Assembly: GCA_027460535.1 (NCBI GenBank)
Contig: JAPZAR010000029.1
Span: 30,001 to 62,000 of the forward strand
DNA: 32,000 bases
Reading direction: 5' to 3'
Source: Candidatus Methanoperedens sp.
Lineage (GTDB): Archaea; Halobacteriota; Methanosarcinia; Methanosarcinales; Methanoperedenaceae
The notes below the pieces were generated by a model that saw only the letters and a program-made list of their open reading frames with translations, was not told the origin of the DNA and did no database searches. Position numbers and translations under genes: made by a program. Below are positions 25,189 through 32,000 of this stretch, piece after piece; the first letter of the stretch is position 1; each line of letters opens with the position of its first letter.

Positions 25189-25749
25189 ATGGAAAGAACC
25201 TGTTTTGAATCCACCCACGAGTTTTTTGAGATGTGGTTAAAGACCTATGAAGCAACCTATGGCAGGCTCATAGAAATGCCTCCCATGGGCCCGATGCGCG
25301 AGAAATCAGAAAAAGTGATGAAGAATTTTTCGCTTTCAGTCAACCTTTACACGGCATGGATGGAATCCCTGGCCGATTTCCAGAGTGTTTTCATTGAAGC
25401 CATGCGCAGGATGCGCGAAAAGATGGCAGTGGAGGGGGAGGTCAGCCCTGAAGCATATAGGGATTTTTATAGGTTATGGATTGAAACTTACAGCGAGACG
25501 TTCAAAGAATTCTTGAAGTCAGGCCATTTTTCCTCGGGCATGGGCAGGCTCATGTCATATTCTATCGATTTCCAGAAAAATAACAGGGAAATGCTTGAGG
25601 AGAATTACATGAAAACATTGGGCCTTCCCACAAGGACCGAGATCGATGAGATAAACAGGGAAGTCTATTTTCTCAAGAAAAAGGTAAAGGAGCTGGCAGG
25701 AGCGTCAAGGAACTCGCAGGGGATGGGAGGACTCCATGAACAGTCTTGA
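25189..25749 (+). CDS. phaE: PHA synthase subunit PhaE (class III)
   Basis: I set the start at ATG 25189, 2 nt after the upstream stop, giving 186 aa. The C-terminal LGLPTRTEIDEINREVYFLKKKVKEL is the typical PhaE C-terminal helix. It lies immediately upstream of phaC and overlaps it. Confidence 0.7.
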   Translation: MERTCFESTHEFFEMWLKTYEATYGRLIEMPPMGPMREKSEKVMKNFSLSVNLYTAWMESLADFQSVFIEAMRRMREKMAVEGEVSPEAYRDFYRLWIETYSETFKEFLKSGHFSSGMGRLMSYSIDFQKNNREMLEENYMKTLGLPTRTEIDEINREVYFLKKKVKELAGASRNSQGMGGLHEQS

Positions 25750-26920
25750 TTTCATAGAGAGGCAGATAAAATTCGTAAGAGGGATGGAAATACTGCTGGA
25801 ACCTCCCGAAATTACAGTTGGGACTACCCCTTCGGAGGTCGTCTATGCAGAAGACGACATGAAGCTTCTGCATTACATTCCAACATCAGAAAAATCGTAT
25901 CCGATTCCGGTGTTGATAGTATATGCATTTGTTAACAGGTATTACATCCTGGATCTCCAGCCCGATAAGAGCGTGATAAAAAAGCTGCTGAATGAGGGCC
26001 TCGATGTCTACATCATTGATTGGGGATACCCTTCGGGGGCAGACATGTACCTGACCCTTGATGATTACGTTAACGGCTATATAAATAATGCAGTGGACAA
26101 AGTCAGGGAAATATCGGGAACGGAAAAGATCACACTGCTCGGGGTGTGCCAGGGGGGAACGCTTTCCGTGATGTACGCCTCACTTTATCCTGAAAAAGTG
26201 AAGAACCTTGTTGCCCTTGTGACACCGGTGAATTTCGATACGGATAAAGGACTTCTCCATATCTGGGCAAAAAGCCTGGATGTTGACAAGATGGTTGACT
26301 ACTATGGGATAGTACCAGGGGATCTGCTGAATGTTGGATTCCTGCTCACGGATCCTTTCAGGCTTATGATAGACAAGTATGTGGGATTATTCGAGAGGAT
26401 CGAAGGCGAGCCTGATAATGCGGGTTATCTCAGGAATGAGGAGACGGTCAAGACCTTCCTGCGGATGGAGAAATGGATATTTGACAGCCCAGACCAGGCA
26501 GGCGAAGCTTTTCGGCAGTTCATGAAGGACTGCTACCAGAACAACCTTCTCATCAAGAATGAGATGAAGCTAGACGGGAAGAAGATCGACCTGAAAAAAA
26601 TAACGATGCCCCTATTAAATGTTATGGCGGAGACGGATCATCTTGTTCCCAACGCTGCGAGCATTCCGCTTAACGATGCGGTTGCGAGCGAAGATAAGGA
26701 GACACTCATTTTCCCGACGGGGCATATCGGTATCTTTGTTGGTTCCAAATCGCAGAAAGAGGTTTGTCCGAAGATTGCGGAGTGGCTGAAGCCGAGATCT
26801 TTACCGGAAGAGATGAAAGAGCGATCGGAAGAGCAAAGAGAGCAAGCTGGAGTGGAAAAACCCGGACAACCGGTAGTGCGTAAAAGAAGAGGTCGTAAGG
26901 CGAGGAGAAGCGTAAAATGA
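25736..26920 (+). CDS. phaC: PHA synthase catalytic subunit PhaC (class III)
   Basis: 394 aa alpha/beta hydrolase. It has the lipase-box-like GVCQGG, DWGYP, and candidate Asp (AETDHLVP) and His (PTGHIGIF) triad residues. The C-terminal tail is charged and basic (RKRRGRKARRSVK). Confidence 0.85.
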   Translation: MNSLDFIERQIKFVRGMEILLEPPEITVGTTPSEVVYAEDDMKLLHYIPTSEKSYPIPVLIVYAFVNRYYILDLQPDKSVIKKLLNEGLDVYIIDWGYPSGADMYLTLDDYVNGYINNAVDKVREISGTEKITLLGVCQGGTLSVMYASLYPEKVKNLVALVTPVNFDTDKGLLHIWAKSLDVDKMVDYYGIVPGDLLNVGFLLTDPFRLMIDKYVGLFERIEGEPDNAGYLRNEETVKTFLRMEKWIFDSPDQAGEAFRQFMKDCYQNNLLIKNEMKLDGKKIDLKKITMPLLNVMAETDHLVPNAASIPLNDAVASEDKETLIFPTGHIGIFVGSKSQKEVCPKIAEWLKPRSLPEEMKERSEEQREQAGVEKPGQPVVRKRRGRKARRSVK

Positions 26921-27657
26921 GACTCGATAACAAAGTTGCAATTATTACAGGTGGAGGGAGCGGTATTGGCAGGGAAACTGCAATGCTGTTCGCCGAGGAG
27001 GGTGCAAAGGTGGCAATAACTGGAAGGACGGATGAGAGAATAAAGAAAGTCTGCGAAGAGATAAGCGAAAAAGGTGGAAAATCAATCTATGTCCGGGGGG
27101 ATGTTTCAATAAAGGAAGACATGGATGAAGTCGTCAATAAGACTATCAATGAATTTGGGCGGATTGATATCCTGATAAACAACGCAGGGATCAATCAGGA
27201 TGCTTTAGTAACTAAAATGACCAGGGAACAGTGGAATGGTGTCATTAACATCGATCTTTCCGGCGCTTTCAATTGCATCCAGGCAGTGGTCGATGTAATG
27301 ATCAACCAGGGTAGTGGTGTGATTATCAATGCGTCATCAATTTCAGGCATATATGGTAATATCGGACAGGTAAATTACGCTTCGGCAAAGGCTGGGCTAA
27401 TAGGTTTGACCAAGACCCTTGCAAAGGAACTCGGTAAAAAAGGCATCCGTGTCAATGCGGTCGCTCCGGGATTCACAGTTACACCCATGACTTCGAAAGT
27501 ACCTGAAAAAATTATGAATATAATGATAGAGAAGACCCCTCTTCGCAGGCTGGCAGAGCCACGGGATATTGCCTACGCATACCTTTATCTCGCTTCGGAT
27601 GAGGCGAGGTTCGTTAACGGGGCAGTGCTCTCGGTCGACGGGGGATTGACCATCTGA
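26917..27657 (+). CDS. phaB: SDR-family 3-oxoacyl/acetoacetyl-CoA reductase (PhaB/FabG-like)
   Basis: 246 aa with TGGGSGIGRE, NNAG and YASAKAG (YxxxK). ATGA overlap with phaC. The PhaB role is inferred from operon context. Confidence 0.65.
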   Translation: MRLDNKVAIITGGGSGIGRETAMLFAEEGAKVAITGRTDERIKKVCEEISEKGGKSIYVRGDVSIKEDMDEVVNKTINEFGRIDILINNAGINQDALVTKMTREQWNGVINIDLSGAFNCIQAVVDVMINQGSGVIINASSISGIYGNIGQVNYASAKAGLIGLTKTLAKELGKKGIRVNAVAPGFTVTPMTSKVPEKIMNIMIEKTPLRRLAEPRDIAYAYLYLASDEARFVNGAVLSVDGGLTI

Positions 27658-27682
27658 GATTTAAAACAAGTGGGAGAATTAA

Positions 27683-28861
27683 ATGAACAAAGCAGTGATT
27701 GTTTCGGCAACGAGGACCGCGATAGGGAAATTTGGCGGGAGTCTTAAGGATTTCACGCCCGGACAACTTGGTTCCGTGGTGCTGAAAGATGCGCTGAAAA
27801 GGGCGCAGGTTGAACCTGACGAGGTTGATGAAGTTATCATGGGAAATGTTCTTTCAGGGGGCCATGGCATGAATATTGCCAGGCAATCCTCGATATGGGC
27901 AGGGCTGCCGGAAAAGGTACCTTCCTGCTGCGTGAACAAAGTTTGCGGCTCTGGATTGAAATCGGTTATCTTTGGTGCCCAGGCAATCATGCTGGGCGAT
28001 GAGGATATCATACTCACCGGAGGAACGGAATCCATGTCGGCATCCATGTATGCCCTTAAAAAAGCACGCTGGGGGATCAAGATGGGCAATGATGAGACAA
28101 TTGACACGATGATAAGTGACGGGCTCTGGGATATTTTCAATAATGTCCACATGGGGATTACGGCAGAAAATGTGGCTGAGAAATATCACATCAGGCGGGA
28201 AGACCAGGACGAATTCTCAGCAAAAAGCCAGAATAAATCAGAATCTGCCATAAAAGCCGGGAGGTTCAAGGATGAAATAGTTCCTGTAGAAGTCCCGCAG
28301 CCAAAAGGCGACCCTCTTCTTTTTGATACGGATGAGTTCCCGAGATTCGGAACAACAAAAGAAGTACTATCCAGGTTGAAACCGGCATTCAAAAAAGATG
28401 GCACAGTGACGGCAGGGAATGCGTCCGGGATCAATGACGGGGCTGCATCGGTCCTTCTCATGTCGGAAGAAAAGGCCCGGGATAAGGGCCTGGAGCCGCT
28501 TGCAACCATCATTGGCTACGCGTTCTGCGCAATACCTCCGGAAATAATGGGAATGGGACCGGTTTGCGCAACCAGGAAAGTCCTTGAGCGCGCGGATCTG
28601 AAACTGGATGATATTGATCTTATAGAAGTGAATGAAGCATTTGCAGCCCAGTCGGTTGCCGTCAGCAAAGAATTGGGATGGGATATGGACAGGGTAAATG
28701 TTAACGGGGGCGCCATAGCCCTCGGGCATCCAATAGGTGCGAGCGGAGCCAGGATACTGGTCACATTGATCCATGAATTGATAAGAAGAGATAGCACTTA
28801 CGGACTTGCCACACTCTGTATCGGGGGTGGGCAGGGTATTGCAGTAGTAATTGGGAGGTAG
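27683..28861 (+). CDS. phaA: Acetyl-CoA acetyltransferase (thiolase II, PhaA-like)
   Basis: 392 aa with VNKVCGSGLKS (active-site Cys), NEAFAAQ, GHPIGASGARI and CIGGGQGIA, the classical biosynthetic thiolase signatures. Confidence 0.85.
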   Translation: MNKAVIVSATRTAIGKFGGSLKDFTPGQLGSVVLKDALKRAQVEPDEVDEVIMGNVLSGGHGMNIARQSSIWAGLPEKVPSCCVNKVCGSGLKSVIFGAQAIMLGDEDIILTGGTESMSASMYALKKARWGIKMGNDETIDTMISDGLWDIFNNVHMGITAENVAEKYHIRREDQDEFSAKSQNKSESAIKAGRFKDEIVPVEVPQPKGDPLLFDTDEFPRFGTTKEVLSRLKPAFKKDGTVTAGNASGINDGAASVLLMSEEKARDKGLEPLATIIGYAFCAIPPEIMGMGPVCATRKVLERADLKLDDIDLIEVNEAFAAQSVAVSKELGWDMDRVNVNGGAIALGHPIGASGARILVTLIHELIRRDSTYGLATLCIGGGQGIAVVIGR

Positions 28862-28867
28862 ATAGAA

Positions 28868-29728
28868 ATGGAAAACAATAGGAATGGAGCGCGTCTGAAA
28901 GGCAAAGTAGCCCTGGTAACCGGGGGCTCAAGAGGTATTGGCATGGCGATAGCAATGAGGATGGCGGAGGAAGGCGCGGATGTTGCCATAAATTACCAGA
29001 ATACCAGAGAGCATGCAGAGAACGTATCTAAACTGGTAGACCACATAGGCACGATCGATGAAATCGGGAAATTATCGGTGATAATAGATCGTATGGATAC
29101 CAAGGAGCACGCAAAGGAGGCATCGAAACTGGTGGAATCAATGGGCTGCCACTCATGTATCGTTCAGGCGAACGTGAGCGATATCGAGCAGGTGAACAAA
29201 ATGAAAGACGAGGTGCTCAAAAAATTCGGCAAAATAGATATTCTGGTCAATAACGCAGGAATCACCAGGGATAAATCGTTCGTCAAAATGACCCCGGAAA
29301 TGTGGTCAGAAGTAATATCTGTGAACCTGAATGGGGCGTTCAACTGCACCAAAGCCGTAATAGACGATATGCTGGAACGAAAATACGGGCGCATAATCAA
29401 TATCTCCTCTGTCATAGGGAGGATGGGCAATTTCGGACAGGCGAACTATGCAGCATCGAAAGCGGGAATGATCGGCCTTACACAGACGCTTGCAAAAGAA
29501 TTCGCAGGTAAAGGCATAACGGTCAATGCGATAGCACCAGGATTCATTGAAACCGATATGGTGAGATCTGTCCCGAAAGAAGCGATGGAAAAAATCCTGG
29601 CAAAAATACCCCTCGGCAGACTGGGAAAGCCTGCAGAGGTCGCCGCAGCCGTGGCCTATCTTGTTTCCCCTGAAGGTGAATACATAACAGGTCAGGTTTT
29701 AGATATAAATGGGGGACTTTACATATAA
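28868..29728 (+). CDS. Second SDR reductase (FabG-like) carrying an internal 32-aa partial duplication
   Basis: 286 aa with TGGSRGIGMA, NNAG and YAASKAG. It is about 40 aa longer than the first SDR because of an insert between beta2 and beta3 that repeats TREHAENVSKLVDHIG as TKEHAKEASKLVESMG. Confidence 0.8.
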   Translation: MENNRNGARLKGKVALVTGGSRGIGMAIAMRMAEEGADVAINYQNTREHAENVSKLVDHIGTIDEIGKLSVIIDRMDTKEHAKEASKLVESMGCHSCIVQANVSDIEQVNKMKDEVLKKFGKIDILVNNAGITRDKSFVKMTPEMWSEVISVNLNGAFNCTKAVIDDMLERKYGRIINISSVIGRMGNFGQANYAASKAGMIGLTQTLAKEFAGKGITVNAIAPGFIETDMVRSVPKEAMEKILAKIPLGRLGKPAEVAAAVAYLVSPEGEYITGQVLDINGGLYI

Positions 29729-29747
29729 TCAAGAAGGAGTGAATGAA

Positions 29748-30023
29748 ATGGGAGAATATGAAGAAACTCTGGAAGAGATACGGAAAACATTTGGAACGGT
29801 TCCAGAATTCATGAGGGTTTTTCCCGGGGATTTACTTGTCCGGGATTGGCCTTCATGGAAAAAGGACCTTCCGGGGGAAATAGATCTGGAAAGAGCAAGA
29901 TACATGCTCAGTACAGACCAGATTCTGGAAGATATGCTGACCCGGGAAGATATAACCGGGACCAGAAAGGTTGGGTTCGGCAGCACTGGAACCTCAGAGC
30001 CGATCGAAGAAATATCAGATTGA
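29748..30023 (+). CDS. Carboxymuconolactone-decarboxylase/AhpD-like N-terminal fragment protein
   Basis: I chose the start at MGEYEETLEEIRKTFGTVPEFMRVFPGDLLVRDWPSWKK, with AAGGAG 9 nt upstream. The N-terminus matches the CMD-family pattern (..FG.vP.fm...P...l...W...K). The rest diverges and has no CxxC motif. Confidence 0.4.
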   Translation: MGEYEETLEEIRKTFGTVPEFMRVFPGDLLVRDWPSWKKDLPGEIDLERARYMLSTDQILEDMLTREDITGTRKVGFGSTGTSEPIEEISD

Positions 30024-30108
30024 AGTTGTAATAAAGAGAGAACTAATTTTGAATTGATAGTGGACTCCTTGGAAACTGAAAAGAAAATATCCAATCTGGA
30101 AGACCATA

Positions 30109-30242
30109 ATGAAACTTGAAAATGGGTTGCAATTATAACGGGAGCGGAAAGTGGTATTGGCAAAGAAACGGCACTTTTGTTCGCTCAGAAAGGAGCCAGG
30201 GTGGTCGTGGCAGATATCAATGTGGATGGGCTGGTCATATAA
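30109..30242 (+). pseudogene. Frameshifted, truncated SDR gene remnant
   Basis: ATG AAA CTT GAA AAT GGG (MKLENG) runs into a stop. The +1 frame continues [38 protein letters not shown], which is only the N-terminal Rossmann TGxxxGxG part of an SDR. Confidence 0.7.
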
Positions 30243-30383
30243 ACTCAGGCTAGATACCTGAGTCTTTATTGCCAGTGATTTCAATACTTTTGAAAAAACC
30301 TCACTTGGATAATTATTATTAATCGTTACGAATAATTATTTATCGGAAGACTTTTAAAAATAGGTAGGAAGGAGAGATAGAAA

Positions 30384-30788
30384 GTGAGACTGAATAATAA
30401 GTTATTAAGAGATGTAATGACAAGAGGTGTGGTAACTGTGCCGATGGATGCCACTGCCAAACAGATCGCGACATTGCTGAACAGAAAGGGATTATCAGCA
30501 GTCGCAGTTACGGGGCGGGACGGCGAGGCAATGGGTGTGATTTCTGACATGGACATACTCAAGGTGATAGGAAAAGATGACTGGGAAAATATTACTGCAG
30601 ACTCTATAATGACTTCCCATGTGGAGGCGGTCGACCCTGCTACCACAATTGGCGATGCAGTGAAGATAATGAGGGAAAAACATATTCACAGGTTGATCGT
30701 TTTCTCGGAGAAAGGCGTGGGAGCCTCGCAGAGACCTATAGGCATACTGAGCGCAAGTGATATTATAAGGGAAGCCGCACGGGCTTAA
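30384..30788 (+). CDS. CBS-domain pair protein
   Basis: 134 aa with a GTG start and GGAAGGAG upstream. It has two CBS repeats: LRDVMTRGVVTVPMD...GVISDMDILK and IMTSHVEAVDP...IGILSASDIIR. Confidence 0.8.
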   Translation: MRLNNKLLRDVMTRGVVTVPMDATAKQIATLLNRKGLSAVAVTGRDGEAMGVISDMDILKVIGKDDWENITADSIMTSHVEAVDPATTIGDAVKIMREKHIHRLIVFSEKGVGASQRPIGILSASDIIREAARA

Positions 30789-31642
30789 CCAGGCATAAAC
30801 ATCGAGGCGATCACCGGCGTTACGAAAGTCTCGATCATCGCTGCAACAAAGAGCAGTGGAACTATCTTCCGTATATAGAATCCAAGGCCGGCATACAACT
30901 CCCCTTTTATATCAACTTTCATGCCTTTCAATGAGGAGTACACGACATCCCCAAGGCGAAGCCCTATACCTGCGCTGATCAGTATCATGGGGACCTCTAT
31001 TATACCATGCGGTAGTAGCGCAGCGATCACAAAAAGGGTGCCCTGCTGCCTGGAAACCGTATCTGCCAAAATGCTCAGGATCACACCATTGCCCGCTACA
31101 AAAAGAACCGGAATGATGCCAAGCCCGACTCCCAGAATGATTGCCACCAGGCTTTTTATTGCATTATTCAGGAAAATAACGAAAACGATAGTTACCGGAT
31201 TAAGCGTTTTTATCCAGCCGAATGATCTTTTTAAAATTTCCAGGTAATTATCTGACAATCCAGGGTTCCCTACAGCTACGATCAAACCCATAATCAGAGA
31301 AATCAAAAAGATCGCCGTAATAGCGATAAGATATCTTCTCAGTGAATACAAGTAATCCATGTCTGTTCCCATTTTAAATATTTTCAGCCTGCCCTTTTCT
31401 GTTCTTATAATGAATTCATGGCCCCTGCCAAAATCTATGGTCAAAATTGCCCTGGTTTTTTCACTGTTAACCTTCATTGAAAGATAGTGATTTTCGGAAG
31501 ATATATGTATCGCACTGCCGTCATCGCTTTTGTCAACTTTCGCATTCCTTGCCCAATCAGCACCGAAATCCTTGACCAAAAATCCTATAAACCTCTCGGT
31601 ATCCTCTCCCGGAATTTCATCCCATCTGAACAAATATTGCAT
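30785..31642 (-). CDS. SpoIIM/DUF95-family membrane protein with an extra N-terminal soluble domain
   Basis: 285 aa. The C-terminal about 190 aa carry the DUF95 pattern (FLNNAIKSL..., AGNGVILSIL, LLPHGIIEVPMILISAGIGLRLG). The N-terminal about 95 aa are non-membrane and unassigned. Confidence 0.65.
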   Translation of the reverse strand: MQYLFRWDEIPGEDTERFIGFLVKDFGADWARNAKVDKSDDGSAIHISSENHYLSMKVNSEKTRAILTIDFGRGHEFIIRTEKGRLKIFKMGTDMDYLYSLRRYLIAITAIFLISLIMGLIVAVGNPGLSDNYLEILKRSFGWIKTLNPVTIVFVIFLNNAIKSLVAIILGVGLGIIPVLFVAGNGVILSILADTVSRQQGTLFVIAALLPHGIIEVPMILISAGIGLRLGDVVYSSLKGMKVDIKGELYAGLGFYIRKIVPLLFVAAMIETFVTPVIASMFMPG

Positions 31643-31724
31643 TTTATACTCCCATTAAAATCCGCAGTCTACCACGGCAACAACCGATAAATATAAGCAT
31701 TTGTGCAAGTATTTTCTGGTCGAC

Positions 31725-32000
31725 ATGGTTAATAACCTTTTGGATTACATCATAAGTTCTGCAACCGATGTTAAAGCTTATAATCCGGTAAATACCCTTC
31801 TTTTTGGGTTGCTGTTTGCATGTGGCGTGTCCTTCATTTACGTGTACATAATAAAGAGGGTAGGGCTAAGGATTGACAGGGGTTTTCTTTTTGCAGCAAG
31901 CATGTGGGCTTTTTTTGCAATGAGCATACGGCTTCTTTACGACACGGGCTTTACGAAATCAGTGTGGTTTATAACTCCCTATGTGACGCTGATCGATTTT
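31725..32000 (+). CDS. DUF63-family archaeal membrane protein, 5' partial
   Basis: ATG at 31725, open to the window end: MVNNLLDYIISSATDVKAYNPVNTLLFGLLFACGVSFIYVYIIKRVGLRIDRGFLFAASMWAFFAMSIRLLYDTG. This matches my recollection of the DUF63 N-terminus (..YN.vNT..y...). Confidence 0.55.
   Translation, partial: MVNNLLDYIISSATDVKAYNPVNTLLFGLLFACGVSFIYVYIIKRVGLRIDRGFLFAASMWAFFAMSIRLLYDTGFTKSVWFITPYVTLIDF

Noticed and set aside
27679-28989. Multiple minus-strand ORFs inside the thiolase and SDR genes (27679-28152, 27854-28189, 28186-28512, 28367-28774, 28516-28797, 28761-28955, 28798-28989)
   Set aside because: They are antisense shadows of strongly supported plus-strand genes. Similar shadows within valS, the AMP phosphorylase gene, the recJ-like gene, thi4 and aroD were also discarded.
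1-32000. CRISPR arrays, rRNA genes, integrases and prophage structural genes
   Set aside because: I scanned for regularly spaced direct repeats and for hallmark protein motifs and saw none.

Overview
This window is archaeal chromosomal DNA. The evidence is two intron-containing tRNAs (tRNA-Tyr has the archaeal/eukaryal C1-G72 pair), archease, RNase Z, a RecJ/Cdc45-like DHH protein, Thi4, AMP phosphorylase, DUF63, and a CrcB pair with DUF190. The c-type cytochrome and the PHA operon suggest a Methanosarcinales/ANME-2d-like organism, but that is inference only. Housekeeping genes (valS, thi4, aroD, rnz, deoA-type AMP phosphorylase, recJ-like) are interrupted by several accessory segments. (1) An IS630-family element sits 83 bp upstream of a secreted DUF3494 (ice-binding-like) protein gene; its transposase is split at an A8 tract. 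(2) A visibly AT-rich single-gene islet encodes a protein with an unassigned N-terminal domain fused to an HNH_2 nuclease, a candidate modification-dependent restriction enzyme. Next to it is an unexplained GC-rich, structure-rich noncoding segment ending in a CACGGAT/ATCCGTG heptamer palindrome. (3) An AT-rich island (about 18.9-23.3 kb) carries a UbiA-superfamily prenyltransferase, a FIST-like sensor protein, and a squalene-hopene-cyclase-like class II terpene cyclase with an intact DIDDTA motif. I rate this island the most interesting candidate for an undescribed system, a possible cyclised isoprenoid pathway in an archaeon. (4) A complete PHA operon (phaE, phaC, two SDR reductases, thiolase) is preceded by a 361-aa protein built from four tandem PhaE-N-like modules. 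The operon is followed by decayed gene remnants. No CRISPR array, rRNA or integrase was seen. All calls rest on hand translation and motif recognition; no database search was run.
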